Positions 1 to 12,047 are shown, numbered from the stretch's first letter. The stretch: DNA of 64,000 nucleotides from Mobula hypostoma (GCF_963921235.1 NC_086109.1:25546001-25610000), one strand, 5' to 3'. Numbers and translations are program-made. Notes: generated by a model from the letters alone, not told the origin.

Positions 1-99
1 GTGAAATTTGATGGACCCCCTAAATCCAGGTCAGACTCATCATTAGTGTTCAAATTGTACTGAATATGCCAACATCCAGCCAGTCATAGACCTACAACC

Positions 100-500
100 A
101 TTAAACTTATTACACATACATTGCACATAGTCTCATGACCACGCACTCACACACAATAAAGTGGGCATGCATACACACACACGCAAACAAGCTAATACAC
201 AGACAGACCAAAGATCAAAGACCATATTCATTTACCAATACACAATGCAAATGCACAAGCAAAATCATACCGATCCCATTATATATTATGCACATGGTCA
301 CCTACTGTACAATTAAACACCCATATCCCGATGCCCTCACACACGTCCTCACATGAATACCTGCCGTCGGGCGTACACATCATAAACCCCATAAGCACAT
401 ACTTCCACATACACAAGCACAATTGCACACTCACACCCGAATTTAAATAACCATACACATATCCATACATACTCAGATACAAAAGCTTACATTTCACTTC
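100..500. repeat. CA-rich low-complexity tract
   Basis: Degenerate ACAC/ACAT runs; the overlapping His/Thr-rich ORFs are compositional artefacts. Confidence 0.55.
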
Positions 501-611
501 CTCACATGCATAGTAAGAATTTATTGAACGAAGACGTTGCCTGCATTTATATCTATAAACATGCGGCAGAGATGAGCATGGAACTAGACCACTCTTCCAA
601 TGCTGATGGTT

Positions 612-3600
612 CATAGAAACATAGAAACATAGAAAATAGGTGCCCTTCGAGCCTGCACCGCCATTTATTATGATCATGGCCGATCATCCAACTCAGAACC
701 CCGCCCCAGCCTTCCCTCCATACCCCCTGACCCCTGTAGCCACAAGGGCCATATCTAACTCCTTCTTAAATATAGCCAATGAACTGGCCTCAACAGTTTC
801 CTGTGGCAGAGAATTCCACAGATTCACCACTCTCTGTGTGAAGAAGTTTTTCCTAATCTCGGTCCTAAAAGGCTACCCCTCTATCCTCAAACTGTGGCCC
901 CATGTTCTGGACTTCCCCAAAATCGGGAACAATCTTCCTGCATCTAGCCTGTCCAATCCCTTTAGGATCTTATACGTTTCAATCAGATCCCCCCTCAATC
1001 TTCTAAATTCCAATGAGTACAAGCCCAGTTCATCCAGTCTTTCTTCATATGAAAGTCCTGCCATCCCAGGAATCAATCTGGTGAACCTTCTTTGTACTCC
1101 CTCTATGGCAAAGATGTCTTTCCTCAGATTAGGGGACCAAAACTGCACACAATACTCCAGGTGTGGTCTCACCAAGGCCTTGTACAACTGCAGTAGTACC
1201 TCCCTGCTCCTGTACTCGAATCCTCTTGCTATAAATGCCAGCATACCATTTGCCTTTTTCACCGCCTGCTGTACCTGCATGCCCACTTTCAATGACTGGT
1301 GTATAATGACACCCAGGTCTCGTTGCACCTCCCCTTTTCCTAATCGGCCACCATTCAGGTAATAATCTGTTTTCCTATTTTTGCCACCAAAGAGGATAAC
1401 TTCACATTTATCCACATTAAATTGCATCTGCCATGAATTTGCCCACTCACCCAACCTATCCAAGTCACCCTGCATCCTCTTAGCATCCTCCTCACTGCTA
1501 ACACTGCCACCCAGCTTTGTGTCATCCGCAAACTTGGAGATGCTGCATTTAATTCCCTCATCCAAGTCATTAATATATATTGTAAACAACTGGGGTCCCA
1601 GCACTGAGCCTTGCAGTACCCCACTAGTCACCGCCTGCCATTCTGAAAAGGTCCCGTTTATTCCCACTCTTTGCTTCCTGTCTGCTAACCAATTCTCCAC
1701 CCACACCAATACCTTACCCCCAATACCGTGTGCTTTAAGTTTGCACACTAATCTCCTGTGTGGGACCTTGTCAAAAGCCTTTTGAAAATCCAAATATACC
1801 ACATCCACTGGTTCTCCCCTATCCACTCTACTAGTTACATCCTCAAAAAATTCTATGAGATTCGTCAGACATGATTTTCCTTTCACAAATCCATGCTGAC
1901 TTTGTCCGATCATTTCACCGCTTTCCAAATGTGCTGTTATCACATCCTTGATAACTGACTCCAGCAGTTTCCCCACCACTAACGTTAGGCTAACCGGTCT
2001 ATAATTCCCTGGTTTCTCTCTCCCTCCTTTTTTAAAAAGTGGGGTTACATTAGCCACCCTCCAATCCTCAGGAACTAGTCCAGAATCTAACGAGTTTTGA
2101 AAAATTATCACTAATGCATCCACTATTTCTTGGGCTACTTCCTTAAGCTCTCTAGGATGCAGACCATCTGGCCCTGGGGATTTATCTGCCTTCAATCCCT
2201 TCAATTTACCTAACACCACTTCCCTACTAACATGTATTTCGCTCAGTTCCTCCATTTCACTGGACCCTCTGTCCCTTACTATTTCTGGAAGATTATTTAT
2301 GTCCTCCTTAGTAAAGACAGAACCAAAGTAATTATTCAATTGGTCTGCCATGTCCTTCCTCCCCATAATCAATTCACCTGTTTCTGTCTGCAGGGGACCT
2401 CCATTTGTCTTTACCAGTCTTTTCCTTTTTACATATCTATAAAAGCTTTTACAGTCCGTTTTTATGTTCCCTGCCAGTTTTCTCTCATAATCTTTTTTCC
2501 CTTTCCTAATTAAGCCCTTTGTCCTCTTCTGCTGAACTCTGAATTTCTCCCAGTCCTCAGGTGAGCCACTTTCTCTGGCTAATTTGTATGCTTCTTCTTT
2601 GGAATTGATACTATCCCTAATTTCTCTTGTCAGCTACGGGTGCACTACCTTCCTTGATTTATTCTTTTGCCAAACTGGGATGAACAATTGTTGTAGTTCA
2701 TCCATGCAACCTTTAAATGCTTCCCATTGCATATCCACCGTCAATCCTTTAAGTGTCATTTGCCAGTCTATCTTAGCTAATTCACGTCTCATACCTTCAA
2801 AGTTACCCCTCTTTAAGTTCAGAACCTTTGTTTCTGAATTAACTATGTCACTCTCCATCTTAATGAAGAATTCCACCATATTATGGTCACTCTTACCCAA
2901 GGGGCCTCTCACGACAAGATCGCTAATTACCCCTTCCTCATTGCTCAAAACCCAGTCCAGAATAGCCTGGTCTCTAGTTGGTTCCTCGACATGTTGGTTC
3001 AAAAAACCATCCCGCATACATTCCAAGAAATTCTCTTCCTCAGCACCTTTACCAATTTGGTTCACCCAGTCTACATGTAGATTGAAGTCACCCATTATAA
3101 CTGCTGTTCCTTTATTGCACACATTTCTAATTTCCTGTTTAATACCATCTCCGACCTCACTACTACTGTTAGGTGGCCTGTACACAACTCCCACCAGCGT
3201 CATCTGCCCCTTAGTGTTATGCAGCTCTACCCATATCGATTCCACATCTTCCCGGCTTATGTCCTTCCTTTCTATTGCGTTAATCTCTTCTTTAACCAGC
3301 AACGCCACCCCACCTCCCCTTCCTTCATGTCTATCCCTTCTGAATATTGAATATCCCTGAGCTCCCATCCCTGAGCTCCCATCCCTGGTCACCCTGGAGC
3401 CATGTCTCTGTGATCCCAACTATATCATAATCATTTATAACATTTTTGAAATTTTCGTTATTTTTTTCCTCCAACGGTGTTCTGAGAGGCGGGACTGCGC
3501 AGGCGTGTGATGTCGGGCTGTGCAGCGCGGCAGATTTAAAAGGAAAAGAGCCTCATAGAGCGGGCAGCGTAGTTTGTGGGCTGCGGAGTGAGCCGGGAGC

Positions 3601-4590
3601 AGAGTGAAGACCTAAGGGCCTCGGCTCACCGGGCTTAGGCGGAAGCAGGCGAGGCGAGGAAGGTATGACATTCATTTTCTGTTGTTATCTGAGGAGAGGG
3701 GCATTATGAGTGTGAGGGCAGTTTGCTGTTCTCGGTGTCGGATGTGGGAGGCCCTGGAGTCTCCAAGCCTCCCGGACGTCTACATCTGCGCCAAGTGCAT
3801 CGAGATGCAGCTCCTAAGGGACCGCGTTACGGAACTGGAGCTGCAGCTCGATGACCTTCGTCTGGTCAGGGAGAGTGAGGAGGTGATAGAGAGGAGTGGA
3901 AGGCAGGTGGTCACGCCGGGGCCACGGGAGGCAGACAAGTGGGTCACGGTTAGGAGGGGGAAGGGGAAAAATCAGGTGATGGGGAGTACCCCGGTGGCTG
4001 TGCCTCTTAACAGCAGGTACTCCTGTTTGAGTACTGTTGGGGGGGACAGCTTACCCGGGGGAAGCGACAGTGGCCGTGCCTCCGGCACAGAGTCTGGCCC
4101 TGTAGCTCAGAAGGGTAGGGCAAGGAAGAGGAGGGCAGTTGTGATAGGGGACTCGATAGTAAGGGGGTCAGATAGGCGATTCTGTGGACGCAGTCCAGAG
4201 ACCCGGATGGTAGTTTGCCTCCCTGGTGCCAGGGACCGGGATATTTCTGATCGTGTCCAAGATATCCTGAAGTGGGAGGGTGAGGAGCCAGAGGTCGTGG
4301 TACATATAGGTACCAATGACATAGGTAGGAAAAGGGATGAGGTCCTGAAAGGAGAATATAGGGAGCTAGGAAGGGAGTTGAGAAAAAGGACCGCAAAGGT
4401 AGTAATCTCGGGATTACTGCCTGTGCCACGCAACAGTGAGAGTAGGAATGCGATGAGGTGGAGGATAAATGCGTGGCTGAGGGATTGGAGCAGGGGGCAG
4501 GGATTCAAGTTTTTGGATCATTGGGACCTCTTTTGGCGCAGGCGTGACCTGTACAAAAAGGACGGGTTACACTTGAATCCTAGGGGGACC
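612..4590 (-). mobile_element. Near full-length CR1-clade LINE with inverted 5' segment
   Basis: (CATAGAAA)n tail at ~612-636. EN-RT ORF2 on - (873-~3440). CpG-rich 5'UTR and ORF1 on + (~3443-4590). Confidence 0.9.
873..3440 (-). pseudogene. CR1 ORF2 (APE endonuclease + reverse transcriptase), disrupted
   Basis: EN motifs VGVVYRPP, MGDFN, SDH; RT motifs LDFQKAFDKVPH, GVLQGSVLGP, KFADDTKL. Frameshift at ~3355-3385, in-frame TAG at 2634-2636, premature TAG at 873-875. Confidence 0.93.
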
Positions 4591-4638
4591 ATTTGTAATT
4601 TTTGTCACTGTGCAACAGTAGCATGGCAATTAGCATGA
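3706..4638 (+). CDS. CR1 ORF1 (zinc finger/leucine zipper + SGNH esterase); last ~15 codons read into flanking DNA
   Basis: CSRC...CAKC zinc finger, heptad LRDRVTELELQLDDL, SGNH blocks VIGDSIV, PGA, HIGTND, DGLHLN. Open from ATG 3706. Confidence 0.85.
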   Translation: MSVRAVCCSRCRMWEALESPSLPDVYICAKCIEMQLLRDRVTELELQLDDLRLVRESEEVIERSGRQVVTPGPREADKWVTVRRGKGKNQVMGSTPVAVPLNSRYSCLSTVGGDSLPGGSDSGRASGTESGPVAQKGRARKRRAVVIGDSIVRGSDRRFCGRSPETRMVVCLPGARDRDISDRVQDILKWEGEEPEVVVHIGTNDIGRKRDEVLKGEYRELGRELRKRTAKVVISGLLPVPRNSESRNAMRWRINAWLRDWSRGQGFKFLDHWDLFWRRRDLYKKDGLHLNPRGTICNFCHCATVAWQLA

Positions 4639-4906
4639 CATTGTTACCACTTGGGGCATTGGAGTTCAAAGTACAACTCTGGTGTCCTCTGTAAGAAGTT
4701 TGTTCATCCTTCCCCTAAGCATGTGAGTTCCCTCTGGATGTTCCAATTTCCACCCACAGTCCAAGGTCATACTGGTTAGTAGGTTAATTGGTTATTGTAA
4801 ATTGTACTGTGATTAGGCTAGAGTTAATTAGGTGGGTTGATGCGCAGTAGAGCTTGTTGGGCCAGAAGAGCCTGCTCCGTGCTATATCGCGATATAAATA
4901 AATAAA
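4612..4906 (+). mobile_element. V-domain tRNA-derived SINE (HE1-like), decayed
   Basis: V-domain-like ...ttccaatttccacccacagtccaagg...gttaattggttattgtaaattg; CR1-type 3' end gggccagaagagcctgctccgtgctat plus (TAAA)n tail. Confidence 0.7.
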
Positions 4907-5332
4907 CAACAGGCTAGATTTTGCTTTTTGCTAATTAATAACCAACCTAGCGCGACTGACAAACAGATTATCTCATAATAACCAGTTATAAATAACTAGG
5001 CACATGGTTGAGAAAGCCAGTAATTATCTGGAGTGATTTGTCCCCCATTACAAAGTTCCTCTGGCTCTTACTTTCAGTACATCCCAATATCTGGGCTGCT
5101 TTGGCAATCATAATAATGCAATTACAGTGTTTTGTAAACCCTGATATTGTAATACTTACATCCATTGCAAACAACATGCGGGTCACAATTAAAAGAAGAA
5201 TTGAATTTATCGCGGGTCTTGTTACTTTCTTCAAACAATGTTATAGCTTCTGCTTGATTGGAATGATGAATATGTCAGGAATCAATTATTCCAATTGTAA
5301 TTGAATCTTATTATGAAGTTTAGTTTCAAACA

Positions 5333-6070
5333 CAGTGTAGTCTGGTTAATTGGGCCATCAGTTAATCAGAGCAGGCACTTATTTGGGCAAACTATCAACG
5401 AACAAAAAGTAATAAAGAATATCGCTGGGATTATTTCATTTATTTGGGACATTATGCTGCTTGGGACAGGAGACAGTTTATAACTAGCATCAGACACATG
5501 AAATTGCGTGGTCGTTAGACACTACTCTCTGATTAGAATGAATTTTATGCAGCGTAATTTGTATGTGCTTGTGTTCAAAAAGTAGTAATTTTTGTCACTA
5601 TAGTTGATGAGCAGTAAGATTATTCAAAACCGTTTTGCTCACTGCAGTTTCAAACATTCAGGCTTGGATATGTCAGAAATAGCCAGGAGTGAAAATGAAA
5701 CAATTTTACTACTTCAATAAGCTAGGAGCTACAAAGAATCTGAAGGTATTGACAATCATCTTGAATGTTACAATGAAAATGAAGATTTGGAGGATGCAAT
5801 CATCAAAAGCATTTTTTAAAGGCAGTCCATTATCTGCACTGATTTTGTTCATTTGCAGTCAATCAAACAAATGCAACAGTGTTTGTTGAATTCTTCCATT
5901 GATAACTATTCGGAACTAACACTGTAGTAGTATTTGTTACTTAGTTAAATGACAGTTTGTCTGACTGATATCTTTTTAACTATTTCCATGAAATAGTTAA
6001 GTTAGGGCAGCCACTTAATTGGGCCAGAATGTACTGTTCCTGATATGTCCCAATTAACCAGAATCCACCG
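5333..6070. mobile_element. Tigger/pogo-like non-autonomous DNA transposon
   Basis: Imperfect ~25-bp TIRs cagtgtagtctggttaattgggcca / tgtcccaattaaccagaatccaccg; TA at the right end, CA at the left. Confidence 0.7.
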
Positions 6071-6786
6071 TATTTTCTTTCTATAAAAATAATTTGATGC
6101 CAGCTGTAAAGAAAGCTCATCAGTTAGAACTGCTGATTCTGTCTCCACAGATTCTGCCTGATCTGCAGCGCCTTTCCAGTATTATCTACTTTTCTTTCGA
6201 TTTTCAATGTCTGCAGTATTTTGCTTTTATCCATCTTATTGTCTCCTTCTGACATCATTCAACAGTCAATATCTGCTCACAGTTCATGGCTTTTCTCTAA
6301 ACTTGCTCCAATGACACATTTGAATCATCTCCCCTCCTGAAGCCTCTTGAGATGAGAAACCTCCTGGAAGCTGTCCATATTTTCTTGATAACCCCTTAAT
6401 ACATGTACTACAGTTCCAGTAGAACCAGAAAAGTGCAATTCAGGTTTTATTATTTTCTAAATTTTTCCAGGATTTTTTCATGATTCAGGATTCCATTTTT
6501 TAATTGAAAACTACAATTCCATGCAGAATCCCATCATGCATAAAATAGTTGTTCTATAATCTGCTGAACTTATGTCCTTGGGTGCGATGAAGTACTTTGT
6601 ATTTCCCCATTAATGAGGTGCAGTAAGTCATTAGAAACACTTTACTAGTCAAAATGATATAATTAATTATATTGGGGCAGTTATAGAACTATCAATAGTT
6701 ATAGGCTAGTTATGCTATTGTCAGCATTTATTAACATTATTATCAACAAAATTCAGCCACTTGTAGCATTATGCACATTTTTGTAA

Positions 6787-7116
6787 AGATAAGCTTTATT
6801 TGTCACGTACATCAAAACATCAAAACATAAACTGAAATGTGTCACTTGTGGCTAATCAAATCAGTGAGGATTGTGCTAGGGGCACCCTACAAGTGTTGTC
6901 ATGCTTCTGGTGCCAATATAGTATAACCACAGCTTCCTAACCCTAACCCTAACTGTACATCCTTGGAATGTGAGAGGATACTAGAACACTCAGAGGAAAC
7001 CCACACAGTCAGAGGGAGAATGTACAAACTCCTTACAGATGCGGTGGGAATTGAACCCTGTGCAGTGACCGATGGTGCTATAAAGTGCTTGCACTAACCA
7101 CTATGCTACTGTGCCT
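6787..7116 (-). mobile_element. V-domain SINE
   Basis: Reverse complement of tRNA-like head (gggaattgaaccc B-box, cactaaccactatgctac A-box) and V domain (gaggaaacccacacagtc...tgtacaaactccttacaga). Confidence 0.75.
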
Positions 7117-7614
7117 ATTTATTATGATAATTCAAAGGTTCTGTTAATTGTTGATCATTTATCATCATGAAACAACTTATACCATTATTGCAACTGTAAA
7201 TCAGTGGCTATTGGGATAATGATAGCATCAGCGTGATCAATAAGTCAGTTTTAGAATTACGAACAGAATTAGATTTACATGTGTATGGATGGTAGAAAAT
7301 TTGAGTTAGTTTACTAGTAAAACATAAACAGAATTCTATTGACGAAGGGCAGTGTGTTGGACACAATTTTCAGTGTAACTATTATCAGAAACATCCACAA
7401 TTAAATTCTGCCTTATGCTTCACCACAGAAGCAATAATTCTATATCAATGTTCAATGTGGGCATCACCCCATTAGCCTCACATAACAATAGTTACAGTAA
7501 AGCATTAAACTATACTTATGTTCTGCAACTCCACTCTTCAACATACCCAACTCATGAGTGGACAACTGTATCATTAGCAACTGGTCCAACAGCAATGAGG
7601 ACCGCAGTGAATAA

Positions 7615-8128
7615 TACTCTGTGGCCACTTTATTAAGTACATCCGTAAAACTGCTTGTTAATGCAAATTTCTAATTAGCCAATAGTATGGCAGCAACTCA
7701 ATTGCATAAAAGCATGGTCAAGAGGTTAAGAGGTTCAGAGGTTCAGTTGTTCAGACCAAACATCAGAATGAGGAAGAAATAAGATCTAAGTGACGTTGTT
7801 TGTGGCATGTTTGGTGGTGCCAAGAAGGGTGGTTTGAGTATTGTAGAAACTTCTGACCTCCTGGGATTTTCACGCACAACAATCTTTAGCATTTACAGAG
7901 AATGCTGCAAGAAACAATATAACATTCAGTGAGTGACAGTTCTGTCAGTGAGAATACCCTGTTAATGAGAGAGGTCAGAGGAGAATGGCCAACCTGGTTA
8001 AAGCTGACAGGAGGGTGACATTAACAACTCGTCATAACAGTGGTGTGCAGCAGAGCATCTCTGAATGCACAACACATCGAACCTTGGAGTGGATGGGCTA
8101 CAGCAGCAGAAGACCACGAACATACATA
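7615..8128 (+). mobile_element. Tc1-derived non-autonomous element (family with 4 copies in window)
   Basis: TIR-like tactctgtggccactttattaagtac; decayed Tc1 transposase N-terminus (MxKKxDLSD...GARxGGLSIxETxDLLGFSRTT). Confidence 0.75.
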
Positions 8129-9115
8129 TGATGTAAACAAAAATAGACTTTCGTGCTGATGGCAGAATTGCAACTCAACAATCCATTGCCCGTGAAAGAA
8201 TGTAGAAAGCAACGAAGCATGGCTGCTTGGGAAGAAATACCTTCCAGTTGATGTGATTGATCCTTTCAGCACAAATTATGTAAGGGTTTGTGCACTGAGT
8301 AAGGCTCCACCATTGAATCCCAATGTGAATAAAACAACATAACGTTCCACTGCACTGACTCATATAAGAAACAAGCACTTGTTGAACTAGCTTCTTTCTA
8401 GGCTCTGGCATTCTAACATTCCACTATAAGGAACCCTTGCATAGAATTCTTTGTAATTTCAGTTGTATTTTAATTTATATGGGAATATGCATGAGCAATT
8501 CCCAGTATAATTTGCTCTCGGGAGATCCATTTACCAACATTGTTCTTACACTGGCTTTTTGCTCATTGGTTTTGATGTTTTCTGGCAGAAAGCACTGAAA
8601 TGCTGACATAAAAACAGGCCAGAGAGTAAAGAATCACAAGGAAATCAGTAGAAATTTAATTATTTAGAAGATATTACTGAACAAGGGAATGCAAGCAGAC
8701 AAAGCTTTCATAAAAAGTACTTAAGTCTGGAAGGGTTGTCATTGCAATAGTCAGTGGATGATCTGAACCAGTTTGTGATTATATTTTATAAATAGTTTAA
8801 CTGCAGTTCTCTCTGAGTAAAATAAAGTCAAACAGAAGTTTTCAGATCACTTTGGTCCTGTTTTGGGAAGATTATTCTTCATGTACGTAATTGTATCTAC
8901 ATGCTCATACTATCAAAATAATTGACCTGCTGTCTAGCTCCAAAGCTGGGATATGCTTTGTAATGTTTCAGTTGTTATGAAGGCAATTACACAGCGTATC
9001 ATCACTGCAAGACTACTGGCAACCACCCTACAGCATAGGCTTCAAGTGACCATGTCCAGTCAAGGTCACCACTAACTTTGGCTTTGCAGCTTTGGGTTCA
9101 ATCTGGGCTGGCACT

Positions 9116-10001
9116 TGTTACGTACCCCGTAACTGGGTTGCCAAACCAGCAGAAATGGATCACTCAGTTGGAGTCTGGATTACTGGAACTAAGAAAGTTT
9201 TATTAAAGAAACAAGCAACACAGTACTCTAATCAAAAGGATAATAAATGCAACAGTTCAGCAATGATAAACACACATGTACACAGAATTAGGATAACAGG
9301 ATCAATCAAGCTCTATCATCGTCTAGGGGTAAATGACCAGTTTCAAAGTGACACAAAGTTCAGTTCAACTGAGTTCAGTTCAGTTCACAGTAATCACTGC
9401 TGTGGCGATGGACAGTGGGGGGAAGGAGAGAGAGAGCAAAAACGAATGAATATTCAAACGACTTCCACACAGACCTTCAATATTCTTCGCAGTCAGCTTT
9501 CGGGCGAGCCCTTTGTGATGTCTTCTGAGGTCACCGACTGTGACTCCTCTGTTTCTAGATACGATCGTTTCTCTGCGGTGAACCTGGCACCCAGGCAAGG
9601 GCAGACACACACCAGGTTCCCGCCGATCGTACCTTTCCACCCTCCGCGGCTATGGCTTGGTCCCGCGACCAGCCCTCCAAAACTCCCACCGACTTGTGGG
9701 AGGCACACCGCTTCCAGGGTCTTGTTACCTCGTGGTGTCGTGTGTGTCTTGCCTTAGCGAACCTGTCCCTTTTTATCCCCCTGCTGGGGTATCGCCTGTC
9801 CATCACTTCAAACAGTTCAGGGTTCAAAGGGGAGCCGATCTTGACAGCTCTCCTTCCATCCCTTCATTAACATCTCCAAATGCTGCTCCATTGTTTTCAT
9901 TATCTCTCTTTCTCCTGAAGACAGGTGGCAGACCAACTGCTGATCCCACTGGTGCCAGTACAGGACAGTCAACATCTTAATCTATGTGTACTTTCGTCAC
10001 A
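9116..10001 (-). mobile_element. Solo LTR (886 bp; Gypsy- or ERV-type)
   Basis: TGTTACG...CGTCACA termini; exact 4-bp TSD CACT (9112-9115, 10002-10005); minus-strand GATAAAA near 9770 and AATAAA near 9200. Confidence 0.88.
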
Positions 10002-10236
10002 CACTGCAGTATCTGTCATTAAGTTGCCCACACAATTATGAAACTGTCAGATTGTAAGGTTTTCACCTCACTGGATAATGACAGGAGTTTGCTGGTTGCA
10101 CTTCCTAAGCTACTCAGGGCCATTTCAGAGTCTTTCCACTCCACCTTATGTTGTGCTCTGACTCACTAGTGCTGCCATCTGAAGTTAACCATATTTCCTA
10201 ACGCAGCAGGCCAGGCAGCATCTCTAGGAAGAGGTA

Positions 10237-10274
10237 CAGTCGACGTTTCAGGCCGAGACCCTTCGTCAGGACTA
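10237..10274 (-). ncRNA. Minimal (helix-III-less) hammerhead ribozyme motif of Penelope-like terminal repeat
   Basis: Minus strand UAGUC CUGACGA AGGGUCUCGGCCU GAAAC GUC GACUG: stem I UAGUC/GACUG, intact core, stem II AGG/CCU, GUC triplet. Lies in a ~77-bp fragment at 10201-10277. Confidence 0.75.
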
Positions 10275-10764
10275 ACTATGATGTACACAGCTGAAATAAA
10301 GCTTCCAAACACTGTTGCTTAGAAAACAGGCAAAGTGGAATTTGCTATTTGTCACCAGTCAGTTTGAGAAGATGAGAGGTTTTGTGACTTTGTAGAATTG
10401 CATGATTAGCAAGTGTCAGCATATAGCGAGGGACTGAAAGTATAGCGGAGAGGGACAGTGGACTTACTTTTCTGAATCACATGTGGAGTCATTGACATTT
10501 TGCAGTTCTAAAAGTTGTAATGTTTACCTATCTGCATTGGACAATTAATTAAGAGATTTACTGAACTTGATTTCATTATATCAACCAGCAGCTGATATTC
10601 TTACATAATTTTGCACAAGCCAAAGGCAAAACACCCCCCCAATGATTTCCGATTGATAATTTAAAAACTTAAGCATTGCATACATTGTATGCATACATTG
10701 ATGTATGTTGCAATAAATTTATGAAGAGTTTTGCACCCATGTTTTGTGGTACTGGACAACAGAT

Positions 10765-10970
10765 GTAGACACAAAACACTGCAGATGCTGGAAATCTGGA
10801 GCAACATACAAAATGCTAGGTAAACTCGGTTGGTCAGGCAGCATCTATGGAGGGAAATAGACAGTCGATGTAATGAATGATGAAAGATTTCAACCAAAGA
10901 TGTGAGCTCTCTATTTCCATCCATGAATGCTGCCTGACCCTCTGAGTTCCTCCAGCATGTTGTGTGTTGC
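10765..10970. repeat. Fold-back element made of two inverted Penelope-type terminal fragments
   Basis: caaaatgctaggtaaactc...caggcagcatctatggagggaaatag ... ctatttccatccatgaatgctgcctgacc...gagttcctccagcatgttgtg. Confidence 0.7.
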
Positions 10971-11105
10971 ATTAGACAATAAATTCTGTGTTTGTATCTC
11001 ATTGTAGCAAATTGTAACCAACGTGTAGAATAAGCTTTTTCTAACAAACCTTAATCTCAGAGTGAAACTAGTAAATTAGCAATTACAAAACCAATGCAAG
11101 ACTTG

Positions 11106-11279
11106 TTCATGATCTTTCTCTCCCATCATTTCCCCTCCGTCAACCCTTCTGCTTGATGAGCTCGTCACCTATCTCATGACAATCCTAACCTCATTTTATC
11201 AGAGTTACTCCCTTCATCCCATCCATTCATTCCCAATCTCCCTCCATCTTAAAATTAGCCTATTTACTCTAGGTACTAG
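11106..11279 (+). repeat. 174-bp segment duplicated at 11790-11963
   Basis: Direct repeat with about 4 mismatches, counted by eye. Confidence 0.95.
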
Positions 11280-11532
11280 TTCTTATAAAGGTTCTTCAAC
11301 CTGAGATGTTACCTTTGGTTTTCTTTCCATGGATGCTGCTTGACCAGTTGAGTGTTTCCAGCATTTTCTGTTTATATTATTTTTCATTTCCAGCTTTTAT
11401 TAAAAAACGTATTTCTATTAGCAGAAGACTACTTTTGAACTCTATTGTTTTTCATGTCTGCTCTGCTCTTGATACAGATTGTGTCATCTCGACCAGTCTT
11501 ACACTACTCGTCTAATTTAGACATTCATTGTA

Positions 11533-12047
11533 CGAAGGGTGATTGATAAGTTTGTGGCCTAAAATAGGAGGAGTCAATTTTAGCAAACCTAGCACATTTA
11601 TTTTTCAGCATAGTCCCCTCCTACATTTACGCACTTAGTCCAGCGGTCGTGGATCATACAGATCCCTTCTTTGTAGAAGTCAGCATCCTGGACCTCCAGA
11701 AAGTGGTCCACAGCAGGGGTGATTGATAAATTCATGGCTTAAGGTGGAAGGAGATGAGTTATTAACTTCAAACTTTCTGCATAATCAAATTCATGATCTT
11801 TCTCTCCCTTCATTTGCCCTCTGTCAACCCTTCTGCTTGATGAGCTCGTCACCTATCTCATGACAATCCTAACCTCATTTTATCAGAGTTACTCCCTTCA
11901 TCCCATCCATTCATTCCCAATCTCTCTCCATCTTAAAATTAGCCTATTTACTCTAGGTACTAGAGTTTGAACTGCACGTGCATGTAATGAGAGCTGTATA
12001 ACTCATCGCCTTCTACCTTAGGCCACGAACTTATCAATCACCCCTGG
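11533..12047. mobile_element. Mariner-like MITE with an internal third TIR copy and a captured 174-bp insert
   Basis: TA-cgaagggtgattgataagtttgtggcctaa ... ttaggccacgaacttatcaatcacccctgg-TA; extra TIR copy at ~11714-11745. Confidence 0.85.

Noticed and set aside
640..3360. Long + strand ORFs (640-1362, 1381-1785, 2584-3360)
   Set aside because: Antisense shadows of CR1 ORF2; no independent protein signature.
4883..4896. Perfect 14-bp palindrome TATATCGCGATATA
   Set aside because: Lies in a SINE tail; a single short palindrome of this size can arise by chance or slippage.
6935..6952. (CCCTAA)3 telomere-like repeat
   Set aside because: Expansion of the SINE's internal gggttagggtt motif (also at ~29946), not an interstitial telomere.
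9092..9757. 221-aa ORF and overlapping ORFs
   Set aside because: Almost entirely inside the solo LTR, starts at TTG outside it and has no recognisable domain.
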